Position numbers and translations under genes: made by a program. A model generated the notes under the pieces. The model saw only the letters and a program-made list of their open reading frames with translations. It did no database searches and was not told where the DNA came from. This document shows, piece by piece, positions 12,870-24,184 of a stretch of 64,000 nucleotides of DNA. Numbering within the stretch: position 1 is the stretch's first letter; each line of letters starts with the position of its first letter. Origin of the DNA: Phyllobates terribilis. Its lineage: Eukaryota. Where the stretch lies: contig NW_027362766.1 in the NCBI RefSeq assembly GCF_046119375.1, positions 11,718,001-11,782,000 of the forward strand. Direction: 5' to 3'.

Positions 12870-13250
12870 GATTGCTGCACAGGAACAAACGATTCCCCCA
12901 CAGCCGGATGAGACCCCCACCCCGCCGATGCTGCCAGACACGAATCCTAGTGTCATGGAGATGCACAGATGTCAGATTTATGGGGCACCCTGCCAATCGT
13001 CAGAAGTATCACTATAAACAGGAGAATGTGAATGTCCAGCAGCGACCACCTGGTGGAGAGCGACCCCCAGGGAACAGAGGCTTCAGCTGTCTCCTTACAT
13101 TCGATAATCAATAGGATTGAAAGAAAAAAAAACTAAGTATATATTAAAAAAAAAAAAGTTAAAGGAACTCTAAAACAAGGCGATGAACTGGTGCTCCAGC
13201 CGTCCTGTGCCAGTCCGAGAAGGCAGTCCCTTACATACAGCTTTTTTGCA

Positions 13251-13453
13251 TCAGTCATTTGACTCCGGGTCAGCCTGAGCCATGTAGGCGTCCAGCTCTG
13301 CGTCCAGGTGTCCCTTCGTCTTGGACATGTAGGCATCCAGCTGGTTGTCGAGCTGTTCTCTGGTCAGTGAGGGTCGGGCTCCTCCTCTTCCTCTACCGCG
13401 GCCTCTCCCTCGGCCAAAGCCTCCTCTGCCCCGAAGCATCACCCCTCCACGGC
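13251..13453 (-). CDS. chtop: CHTOP last coding exon (RGG tail + C-terminal duplicated LDAYM motif)
   Basis: CCACAG| acceptor at 13455-13454; TGA at 13253-13251. Confidence 0.95.
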
Positions 13454-16441
13454 CTGTGGACATGCATATAAATTACATCTCACATGGGCAAGATCCCCCA
13501 ACCACACACTGGTCAGACCCAAGACCATCACACCAACCTCTGCCACTCATTCCTCCACGGCCCAGTGCTCCCCCTCTCACTAGACCTCGGCCAGGGCCTC
13601 CACGACCTCGGATGCCTCCTCTCCTCAGCCCCATCCTGGTAGCACCACCTCGGCCACGCATGTTTTGACCTAGATGATCAGGAGACACTGGAAAGGTCAG
13701 ACATGAGAAATAAATGTAAGGAGTGAACAGAACAACGGAGAAAGGACCCACCTCGCATCATCATGGCGCCCCGCTGTATTCCTCTGCCTCCCCGGCCAAC
13801 ACGCACGATTCCCCTCTGTGACCCCCGGAACCCCATCCCAGCTCCGCGCATTCCACTGGCCCCTCGCTGAAGCCCTCCCACCGGTCTCCCTAACCGGGCT
13901 TGGATATTGCTCTTACCGAGCCGCTGCTTTAAGCTCTAGCAGGAGAAATCAGATAGATTACACATACGGAACAAAAAGGACAGTGAAGGTAGGGAAAAAT
14001 ATAACCATTATGCAGCGGCAGGCGGAGCTGGAAGTGAAGCAGCCGATCTGGTCTCAATCTCTGGGGTGAATCCACCATAGGCTCCAATCTCATCACAAGA
14101 ACAACCCAAAGGCTGAAAGGCATCACTACAATTGGTGAGCTCTGACATCTGACCACCCACTTGACAGCACTGCAGACCCCCCACCACCTGATGTGTAGGG
14201 AACACCACTGATCAGATCCACATCACTGTCAGGCGAGTGGCAGAGGTCAGACCCTCACAGTACACCATAACTTTAGAAGCTTCTAGCCTTTGTGTGATGC
14301 AGGACCCCCATTACGCCCACGAGGTCAGCTTATAACCCCTTAAATCACATTAATACATTAAAAAAAAATGCTGTAAAATACAGATCCACTGCGTCTCCAG
14401 TTAGGAGGCTTACCGGATGCTCTGTCGAGAGGAACCAGATGATGCTTAACACAGGGTACAGTGGGTGACCACTGCCGCCACCTGATTGCCATTTTCCTGC
14501 CTGTAGAGCGAGCTGATTGGGACCTAGGAGGCCTCAGAACAGCAACAGCATAGTACAGATGAACGGAGACCTCATCGATGAACGGAGACCTCATCGATGA
14601 ACGGAGACCTCATCGATGAACGGAGACCTCATCGATGAACGGAGACCTCATCGATGAACGGAGACCTCATCGATGAACGGAGACCTCATCGATGAACGTC
14701 ACGTTTCTTCTCACTGACATCACCTAACCAGGACATGTACTCACTGATGGGTCACAGGTGCCTTCTTACCACACTGTGCTCCCATACATAGATGTCTCCC
14801 AACTCCCCCATCCACACCAATACTCAGGCCCGCTACGATGAGGGAGCAGTGAGCCACTGCCAGGTCCGTCTCCTCCAGACAAACATCGGCTCACCTGCTG
14901 CCTAGGATTGAGGAAAGAGTTGGCAGGCAATCATATACAGTAAGCGGCCGGCTGATCCCATCGCTATCTGATGTACAGGGGCCTCCAAACACACGATGTC
15001 CGCCAACATAGAAACAAAATCACCTGCTAAATCCACGTTTTGCCCGTGCCTCGCGCCACCGCTGGCAAGTTAAACACCAGCCAATAATCCAATGAATGCT
15101 CGACAGTTATTAGCTGGTGCAAAAGTGCATCTTCGAATGTCAGATTTTCTCCACACCCCGAGCCATCGCCGCAGAATTGTGACTGCAGCTCTGGATGTGA
15201 CTGGAGGATAATACAGGATGCAGGGCCGTGGAGTCAGTATAAAATATATAATACATTGAGTACACTAGTGCAATGCAGGATGTGCTGTAAATGTTTTCAT
15301 AAGAATTTGGGAAATTATGAAACGTCCTATAAATGTCTGTTCTGTTCCTGATCTTTGCTTTTGGTGGAGATGCATCTGTGCTGCACTTTATGTACACGCT
15401 CAGTACTGACCATTGCTGTGTAGTCGGGGAAATTGAGGAGTGGGAGGTTTGGCTTACCGACTCCACAGCCCTGCTCCACAAGCGAGACCAGAATCTTTCC
15501 CTCTCACCATGCAGAGACACGGATAGTCCAATATGGCCGCCAGCACGCGCCGACCCGCCGTGGGCGACGTCTCACCTGCTTGAGCTTCAGTGCGGCTTGC
15601 ACAGACGGCCGGTTCTCCATCTGCTGCGCCAGTCTTCTGTTCCTGGCACTGGCCAGGCTCTGCTGCTGCATCGTTGCGCGGATATTCACTGGCATCGGGT
15701 GTTTGTTCTTCAGCATGTTAGTAAAGCTTCAAGGTCGAACAAAATGGGGGGAGGGTTTAGATAAGATACAACAGACACGAGCGCGTACCTCAAGGCCCCC
15801 CACAGGAGCTGTCACCACTGGACTTGGTTTTTTGGGGGGCATACATGTTGCCCATGATCTATCCTCCGCAACTTCCACATGTGCACAGCATTAAAAAAAA
15901 AGGGAGAAAATCTACAGTATAGGGACAAAAAAAAAGGAGAACAGACCCCGAAAGTCACAGGGAGGAGGAAAAGGAGGACACCACAAATGGAGGCAGCACA
16001 GGTAAGAAGATAGAGGAGATGAGGACATGGAGGAGACAGCAAAGCAGACGCCTCTTACAAGACCCTCCAACAAGGGTCTCTGGGCAGGGAGGGTGACCCG
16101 TATCATGCCTCTTACAGCTCTGACCACACAGTGGTGTGCCAGCCTTGGACACAGCAGCGGGCATCACGCAGCACAGGTCACATGCTACCAGGCTGCATCC
16201 AGAACCCATGTATAACAGGTGGAAGAAGGGGGAGGGCGCCAGGCCGCCCCTCACTGTGTATTACCACACCCCAGTGTAACATGGCTGCCGGGAGGACAGC
16301 TGCCGCCTGCTCAGTAACACAAGGGACGGGCTACATTTTGTATGTTACATGGTGCAGAGGATTTCAGCTTCCTCACCGCTCGTTCAGCGACAGCTTGGTG
16401 GTGCTCTTTAATACAACTTTAGATGCTGACGGAGAGGCCAT
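13251..16441 (-). CDS. chtop: Chromatin target of PRMT1 (CHTOP), spliced CDS of 5 coding exons, 244 aa
   Basis: Exons join in frame (65+151+184+132+203 = 735 nt) with GT-AG borders: [51 protein letters not shown]../RGG-rich/..[33 protein letters not shown]. Matches the vertebrate CHTOP sequence and exon phases. Confidence 0.97.
13538..13669 (-). CDS. chtop: CHTOP coding exon 4 (RGG-rich, 132 nt)
   Basis: CATCTAG| acceptor and |GTTGGT donor; [19 protein letters not shown]... Confidence 0.92.
13752..13935 (-). CDS. chtop: CHTOP coding exon 3 (184 nt)
   Basis: CTGCTAG| acceptor and |GTGGGT donor; [21 protein letters not shown]... Confidence 0.94.
14558..14698. repeat. 19-bp perfect minisatellite (GATGAACGGAGACCTCATC) x7 in a CHTOP intron
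   Basis: Seven identical units plus an 8-nt partial unit. Confidence 0.95.
15576..15726 (-). CDS. chtop: CHTOP coding exon 2 (151 nt)
   Basis: TTGAAG| acceptor and |GTGAGA donor; [50 protein letters not shown]. Confidence 0.95.
15845..15911 (-). other. Candidate 67-nt poison cassette exon in CHTOP intron 2
   Basis: Long pyrimidine tract + TGTAG| acceptor at 15913-15912 and CAT|GTATGC donor at 15844; inclusion shifts the frame to CTT TAC TAA in the next exon. Confidence 0.5.
16377..16441 (-). CDS. chtop: CHTOP first coding exon (whole exon 16458-16377)
   Basis: TTGCAG| acceptor at 16460-16459; ATG at 16441; [22 protein letters not shown]; |GTGAGG donor. Confidence 0.95.
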
Positions 16442-17229
16442 CGTTACTGCCGGACCACCTGCAAGGCAAGAGAGATGAAGACTGAGCTGAGGAAACCCAA
16501 CTACAGACCGACCCTCACAACCCCAATAAAGGAGAAGCCTGCCCCACCCCCAGTAATGGCAAGGCAGAACCCCCTACCCCAAGACAGACAGACCCAATGG
16601 TCCAACTCCCACCACAAGTCAGAAGACAGGCCCACCACCAGATATATCAGCCCATGGACAGGCCCACCCCATTACAGGCCAGTCCAAGGACAGGCCCTCC
16701 CCCATACTCAATAAAGACACACCTGAGGACAGGCCCTCCCACACCTGACAAATACACACCAGCCCAAGGGCAGGCCCTTCCTTCTCCCCAATACAGACAA
16801 GCCCTCCACCAACCCTCGCAACACAGACTGGCCCGAGGGCAATCCCCCCCCCTATAGGGATGACACGGAGACCAATTACTCCCACATAGTCGGCAGCACC
16901 CGTAGTGACACCCAGCGTATCAACCCCCCCTCAATACGGGACACCCGCAGGGTATTTGTCTCCAACTGCCCAAATACCAAGAATGAGCGCCCCTCAGATC
17001 TTCTGAAGACCACAGCGCCGACTGTCACTAGATGGGGTGTGGCCTCGCTCAATACAAGTATATGGCGCGAGGTGGCGCCCACAGGCCGGGGGTATGTACA
17101 TCTCATACATACTCTCCGGTCCCAGCTCGGACGCTGGCGAGTCCTCGCAGCACACAGTGTGCGCGCTGACGGGGAAGGAGAGTCAGTCTGCAGCAGACTT
17201 ATCGCTTTTGACCAGAAAACCATTTTAAG

Positions 17230-17615
17230 CAAGTTGAAGATTAAATTATCTCTAAAAGGCCTAAAGTTAAAGATGAGACATGTACTTTCAATTTTAGTAA
17301 AAAAAAAAAAAAAACTTATTTTATTTTAAAAACTACAAACTGGGCCAATGCAAAAGTTAGGGCACCCTGCAGGGTTAGTACCTAGTAGCGCTCTCTTTTG
17401 CAAGTATCACAGTTGGTAAATGCTTTTTGTAGCATTCAAGAGTCTGCTAAATTTCAGATTTTTTACAGATTGTGTTATGTTTGCATCTAGAATTTGTTAT
17501 AATTTCATTTAATCCATTCTTCCTTCTACCTGTGAAATGTTCCCCGTGCCATTGGCTGCAACACAACCATGATTGATCCACCCCCATGCTTAATGGTTGG
17601 CGTGATGTTCTTTTT
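17230..17615 (-). mobile_element. Tc1/mariner remnant: mid-transposase fragment plus 3' end and TIR
   Basis: Minus strand reads KKNITPTIKHGGGSIM..CVAANGTGNISQVEGRMD at ~17510-17615; 17230-17375 is an inverted copy of the TIR at 21990-22155. Confidence 0.75.
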
Positions 17616-17622
17616 CGGACAA

Positions 17623-19108
17623 GCTGCATAGGCTTGAGAGCCAACTACCAATGAAGTAAATCTGGTGATGTGCATCTCTGTAATGAGGAGGGGTGTTGAC
17701 TAATGACATCAACACCCTATATAAGGTGTGCTTAATTATTAGGCAACTTCCTTTCCTTTGGCAAAATGGGTCAGAAGAGAGATTTGACAGGCTCTGAAAA
17801 GTCCAAAATTGTGAGATGTCTTGCAGAGGGATGCAGCAGTCTTGAAATTTCCAAACTTTTGAAGCATGATCACCGAACAATCAAGTGTTTCATGGCAAAT
17901 AGCCAACAGGGTCGCAAGAAGCGTGTTGGCCAAAAAAGGCGCAAAATAACTGCCCATGAATTGAGGAAAATCAAGCGTGAAGCTGCCAAGATGCCATTCG
18001 CCACCAGTTTTGCCATATTTCAGAGCTTCAACGTTACTGGAGTATCAAAAAGCACAAGGTGTGCGATTCTCAGGGACATGGCCAAGGTAAGGAAGGCTGA
18101 AAAACCACCACCTATGAACAAGAAACATAAGATAAAACGTCAAGAATGGGCCAAGAAATATCTTAAGACTGATTTTTCAAAGGTTTTATGGACTAATGAA
18201 ATGAGTGTGACTCTTGATGGGCCAGATGGATGGGCCAGAGGCTGGATCAGTAAAGGGCAGAGAGCGCCACTCCGACTCAGACGCCAGCAAGGTGGAGGTG
18301 GGGTACTGGTATGGGCTGGTATCATCAAAGATGAACTTGTGGGACCTTTTCGGGCTGAGGATGGAGTGAAGCTCAACTCCCAGACCTACTGCCAGTTTCT
18401 GGAAGACAACTTCTTCAAGCAGTGGTGCAGGAAGAAGTCGGTATCGTTCAGGAAAAACATGATTTTCATGCAGGACAATGCTCCATCACATGCATCCATC
18501 TACTCCACAGTGTGGCTGGCCAGTAAAGGTCTAAAAGAAGAAAAAATAATGACATAGCCCCCTTGTTCACCTGATCTGAAACCCATAGAGAACCTGTGGT
18601 CCATCATAAAATGTGAGATCTACAGGGAGGGAAAACAGTACACCTCTGGGAGCAGTGTCTGGGAGGCTGTGGTGGCTGCTGCACGCAATGTTGATTGAAA
18701 ACAGATCAAGCAACTGACAGAATCTATAGATGGAAGGCTGTTGAGTGTCATCATAAAGAAAGGGGGCTATACTAATCACTAATTATTTTGTTTTTTGCAT
18801 GTCAGAAATGTTTATTTCTAAATTTTGTGCACTGATATTGGTTTACCTGGTGAAAATAAACAAGTGAGATGGGATTATATTTGGTTTTTATTAAGTTGCC
18901 TAATAATTCTGCACAGTAATAGTTACCTGTGCAAACAGATATCCTCCTAAGATAGCCAAATCTAAAAAAAAAAAAAACCACTCCAACTTCCAAAAATATT
19001 AAGCTTGGATATTTATGAGTCTTTTGGGTTGATTGAGAACATAGTTGTTGATCAATAATAAAAATAATCCTCTAAAATACAACTTGCCTAATAATTCTGC
19101 ACACACTG
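17623..19108 (+). mobile_element. Tc1/mariner element, 5'-truncated, transposase pseudogene
   Basis: ORF 17766-18557 with KVLWTNE and FMQDNAPSH motifs; in-frame TAG replaces W before PPCSPDLKPIENLW; right TIR ends ...AATAATTCTGCACACACTG followed by TA. Confidence 0.9.
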
Positions 19109-19110
19109 TA

Positions 19111-20227
19111 TTTCCAAGTGGTTAATACAAATGCTAGTACAAAAGGAGCTAACCAACCTAATCAGACAGACAGACCTATGATAAATATACACCTAGGTGA
19201 GAAGGATGCAGTTCCTGGCTTCAAAAGAATTCTCTCACCCCCTGGGCATCACCATTTGCTCAACAGAAATCTACAGTCTCGCCGGCACGAAATATTGAGT
19301 ATCGGAAGTTCTATACTTCCGATAATAGTGAGACACATGTTTAGTGGCACGAGGAACAAAACGCATAGTTTTCCGAATTTCTACGCCCTTCGGGTGCGCT
19401 GTAATGCAAAAGTACAAAATAACAGACTGCAGCTATGCCATGTGTGTTCTCAGAAAGGTAAATTCGTAATGGAAAATATGGTATCACTAGCTCGCTTCTG
19501 CGATCAACCTGCGAGGAGTTATCGGGGAAGTTAGATATTTCAATCAGAACATGAACGGTGGAGCCCCACCAACGTGGTGTCATCACAGGGGGGGGTGATG
19601 GCAGGTCCCCCACTTCGGCATAAAATACCCAGCCGAAGATGGGTCCACATTCATGCCGGAAGTTACATATTTTGTAGCAGGGGTCCCGTTCGGCAACAGT
19701 CCATTGGAGCGCCTTCCCTGCAATCGGTATAGTACGTTTTTTCTATTAACCCATTTATTTTCGTGTAACTGCATATGTATTGTCTTTGCAAAACCTTTTG
19801 TATATTTTTCCTAAACACTGCCTCCCTTTTGGATTAAATATAAAATTGAATAGTTCTGTTTCTATGGCTCTGTAATCGTTCCCTCCCCCAAAGCCATACG
19901 CTACCAGAAAGCAGGAGTCCGATCAGGCCTGTATTGGATTTCAAATCTGATCAGTGGTGGCAGCGAATAATATTAATTGGGCTAGCGTGAGGCTATCAGT
20001 GATAGTACTAGGGCAAATACGTATATTCCATGTGTTGAAAGGTGGTGTGTATGCCATACGCTCACTGCTAGCTTCCTGATAACTACTTAGTGAGAACAGC
20101 CTGCAGCCTCCTATATTGATCATCGGCCAATCGTGCTATTGTCCGGACGATCGGGGGCAGCAGAGCTGTTTGCTCAAGAGATCACAGTGGGTGGTCTGAG
20201 TAATCGGGATCGTATGAATCCCTGACA
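19111..20227 (+). mobile_element. Probable LTR-retrotransposon fragment (LTR end + PBS-like motif)
   Basis: ...CTGATCA followed by TGGTGGCAGCG at 19955-19965, complementary to the 3' end of a tRNA-Leu (CGCTGCCACCA); no intact ORF. Confidence 0.35.
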
Positions 20228-20563
20228 CCGTGTATTTATTGAAAAAGAGGCGACCACTTTACTAAGCGGTTAGTAATGGGAGCGTTTTGTAGACACCCTC
20301 CATTACTAACCTGGGCTTCACGTCAGGCGCCAATACAAGGCTGATGTGAACCCCAACTCTACAGAGCAGTGGGAAGAGCAGAGGCTAAGCGCCAGATATG
20401 GTGCATCTTATGGATGCGCCATACCTGGGACTGCTGAGGGATTATATTAGCCACGGAGGGGGCTAGTATTCATGGCCCCTTCCCTGGCTATTAATATCAG
20501 CCCCAGCGGTCAGCTTTCCCTCTGCTGGTTATAAAAATGATGTGGGAGGCCATGTTTTTTTTT

Positions 20564-21140
20564 AGGCCCTGTGCCCACGATCCGGACGTAGCAGCGCTTT
20601 GGACGCAACTTTTTTGCTGTGTCCAAAACATTGCATTCTATTGAAAGCAGGTAAATCTGCATGTGTTCAGTGAACCATGAGCATTTACTGCATTCAATAC
20701 ATTCTAGTGGTCAAATTTCTGTTGCGGAGACTAGCGACCCTGCAAGAGGATTTGACAAGTTGCGGTCCTGAAAGACGTGGCGCATGTCAGTGCCTCATGG
20801 GTGATTCGCAGCCTCTGATGCACACACAGTGGACATGGGATTTCTAGAGATCCCATCCACTATGCTGTAAAATCTAGACGCTGCAGGTTTGACGCTGTAT
20901 AAACACGCAGCGTCAAATCTGCAGCGGCTCCAGGTCGTGGCCATGTACCCACACTCACCCGCAGCATGTCCATTTCTGTAGCGGATACGCTAGTCTCCGC
21001 TCCAGATTTTCACCGATTGAAGTGTCATTGTATGTGGTGGATTCTCATGTACTGACAACAAAAGTGCAGCATTAGAACACTTATGGACGCAGCAAAAATA
21101 CGCTGCGTTCAAAGCGCTGCTTGTTGCTGTTCGTGGGGAC
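20564..21140. mobile_element. Degenerate MITE(s) of the GGCxxTGTGCxCAC-ended group
   Basis: End TTAGGCCCTGTGCCCACG resembles the ends at 31701, 61387 and 63216; 20960-21140 is a diverged inverted copy of 20570-20760. Confidence 0.5.
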
Positions 21141-21599
21141 GTAGCAGCTAACGAAACAGCTGTGAGCAGGTGTTAATAGCCAGGGAACATGTTTGCCTAG
21201 GCTAAAAATGGCAGCTCACAGCTGCCCCAGAAATTACATGAATGGAAATGCTAATGAGATTTGGTGAATGGGATTAGCTGACGCCTAATTCTTTTATTTG
21301 GTGATGACAAGGTCTCAGACCATTTCATCACCAAACCTAATTAAAGTAAAGAGTTAAAGAAACACACAGACACAGAGTAAACACTTTATTTGAAATACAA
21401 CAGACATTCTTTAATCATTTAAATTAACCAATATACTCACCCCAGTTCTGACAGCAATCCAAAAAGCAATGTCCCACCAAATAACTATTTAGATCCAAAA
21501 TGCATTCACTGATTTACAAAAGCGCGTAAACAAAAGAGTCAAAAAATGTGCGTTTTTTCCTGCCAAGGAGATGCAGAAACGCTGCGAAAATTTCTGCCT

Positions 21600-22155
21600 T
21601 CAAATCCTGAAGGTCTTTTGCAGTCAAGCGGTGGTTCGGAGTTGGCTCTCTAGCAATCCTATGAGCAGCTCTCACTGAAATTTTGCTTGGTCTTCCAGAC
21701 CTTATGTTGACCTCCACTTTCCTGGTAACTGCCAATTTGTAATTACATTTCGAACTGAGGAAAGGGCAACTTGAAAACGCTTTGCTATCTTCTTATAGCC
21801 TTCTCCTGCTTTGTGGGCATCCACCATTTTTATTTTCAGAGTGCTAGGTAGCTGCTCAGAAGAATCCATGGCTGCTGTTTTTTGGCACAAGAATTTTATA
21901 AAGCTGGGAAATTTAGATAACCTGATCGTGAACAAGTCATAACCCTAACAGGCCGATTAAGGTCTGAAACCTTGGTCAAAGTTATCAGAGCACACAAATC
22001 TCCAAACGGTGCCCAAACTTTTGCATTGGCCAATTTTACTTTTTGTAATGTTTAAAGTGTAAAAAATGAAAAATATATATATATGTTGCCTAAAATAAAA
22101 AGGAAATGTCATTTTTAACTTTAAGCATTTTAGAGATAATTTCATCTTCAACTTG
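21600..22155 (-). mobile_element. Tc1/mariner remnant: 5' TIR + transposase N-terminus
   Basis: MDSSEQLPSTLKIKMVDAHKAGEGYKKIAKRFQVALSSVRNVI (HTH), then RSGRPSKISVRAAHRIARE; TIR matches 17230-17375 inverted. Confidence 0.85.
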
Positions 22156-22320
22156 ATTACCCTATACTATATACAAACATACATGGCCCCCCTACACAGT
22201 ATATATACCCACATACATTATACACAACCCAAGCCACACATACCTACATTATATACAAACATACATCACACACATTATATATACCCACATATAAACAGAC
22301 ACCCCCCCACACCCATTATA

Positions 22321-24184
22321 CACTGCTCCAAAAAATAAAGGGAACACTTAAACCACAGAATATAACTCCAAGTAAATCAAACTTCTGTGAAGTCAAACTG
22401 TCCACTTAGGAAGCAACACTGATTGACTATCAATCTCACATGTTGTTGTGCAAATGGAATAGACGATCGATGGAAATTATTGGCAATTATCAAGACCCCC
22501 TCAATAAAGGAGTGGTTCTGCAGGTGGGGACCACAGACCACATCTCCGTACCAATGCTTTCTGGCTGATGTTTTGGTCACTTTTGAGTGTTGGTTGTGCT
22601 TTCACACTCGTGGTAGCATGAGACGGACTCTACAACCCACAGAAGTTGCTTGGGTAGTGCAGCTCATTCAGGATGGCACATCAATGCGAGCTGTGGCAAG
22701 AAGGTTTGCTGTGTCTGTCAGCGTAGTGTCCAGAGGCTGGAGGTGTTACCAGGAGACAGGCCAGTACACCAGGAGACGTGGAGGGGGCCGTAGGAGGGCA
22801 ACAACCCAGCAGCAGGACCGCTACCTCCGCCTTTGTGCAAGGAGGAACAGGAGGAGCACTGCCAGAGCCCTGCAAAACGACCTCCAGCAGGCCACAAATG
22901 TGCATGTGTCTGCACAAACGGTTAGAAACCGACTCCATGAGGGTGGCATGAGGGCCCGACGTCCACAGATGGGGGTTGTGCTCTCAGCCCAACACCGTGC
23001 AGGACGCTTGGCATTTGCCACAGAACACCAGGATTGGTAAAGTCACCACTGGCGCCCTGTGCTCTTCACAGATGAAAGCAGCTTCACACTGAGCACATGT
23101 GACAGACGTGGCAGAGTCTGGAGACGCCGTGGAGAGCGATCTGCTGCCTGCAACATCCTTCAGCATGACCGGTTTGGCAGTGGGTCAGTAATGGTGTGGG
23201 GTGGCATTTCTTTGGAGGGCCGCACAGCCCTCCATGTGCTCGCCAGAGGTAGCCTGACTGCCATTAGGTACCGAGATGAGATCCTCAGACCCCTTGTGAG
23301 ACCATATGCTGGTGCGGTCGGCCCTGGGTTCCTCCTAATGCAGGACAATGCCAGACCTCATGTGGCTGGAGTGTCAGCAGTTCCTACAAGATGAAGACAT
23401 TGAAGCTATGGACTAACCCGCCCGTTCCCCAGACCTGAATCTGATTGAGCACATCTGGGACATCATGTCTCGCTCCATCCACCAACGTCACGTTGCACCA
23501 CAGACTGTCCAGGAGATGGCGGATGCTTTAGTCCAGGTCTGGGAGGAGATCCTACAGGAGACCATCCGCAACCTCATCAGGAGCATGCCAAGGCGTTGTA
23601 GGGAGGTCATACAGCCACGTGGAGGCCACACACAATACTCAGCCTCATCAGGAGCATGCCCAGGCGTTGTAGGGAGGTCATACAGGCATGTGGAGGCCAC
23701 ACACAATACTGAGCCTCATCAGGAGCATGCCCAGGCGTTGTAGGGAGGTCATACAGGCACGTGGAGGCCACACACCATACTCAGCCTCATCAGGAGCATG
23801 CCAAGGCGTTGTAGGGAGGTCATACAGGCACGTGGAGGCCACACACAATACTCAGCCTCATCAGGAGCATGCCAAGGCGTTGTAGGGAGGTCATACAGGC
23901 ACGTGGAGGCCACACACAATACTCAGCCTCATTGTGACTTGTTTTAAGGATATTACATCACAGTTGGATCGGCCTGTAGTGGGTTTTTCCACTTTAATTT
24001 TGGGGGTGACTCCAGATCCAGGCCTCCATTGGTTAATAAATGTGATTTCCATTGATTATTTTTGGGTGATTTTGTTGTCAGCACATTCAGCTTTCTACAG
24101 AACAAAGAATTCAATGAGAAGATTTCATTCATTCAGATCTAGGAGGGGGGATTTCAGGGCTCCCTGTATTTTTTATGAGCAGTG
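22321..24184 (+). mobile_element. Tc1/mariner element, complete ends, transposase pseudogene
   Basis: TA|CACTGCTCCAAAAAATAAAGGGAACAC ... TATTTTTTATGAGCAGTG|CA; motifs VLFTDES, GSGSVMVWGGI, LMQDNARPH, SPDLNLIEHIW with stops and frameshifts. Confidence 0.92.
23572..23932 (+). repeat. 71-bp x5 tandem amplification of the Tc1 transposase C-terminus
   Basis: Units start at 23572, 23643, 23714, 23785 and 23856; bounded by CCTCAT at both ends. Confidence 0.95.

Noticed and set aside
13950-14097. Possible box C/D snoRNA in a CHTOP intron (TGTGATGA ... CTGA on minus)
   Set aside because: The boxes are ~145 nt apart, there is no terminal stem, and the D box is too close to the 3' splice site.
14558-14698. 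CRISPR-like or hammerhead-like short repeat
   Set aside because: There are no spacers and the context is eukaryotic. The GATGAG resemblance lacks the CUGAUGA/GAAA core.
19303-19327. 10-bp hairpin TATCGGAAGT/ACTTCCGATA with an FRT-arm-like GAAGTTCTATAC
   Set aside because: Only a partial single-arm match without the FRT spacer or second arm; likely chance within an LTR fragment.
19118-19534. 138-aa ORF and similar short ORFs in LTR/MITE sequence (e.g. 42812-43781, 55443-56279)
   Set aside because: No recognisable motifs; they lie inside repeat remnants or are antisense shadows of real genes.
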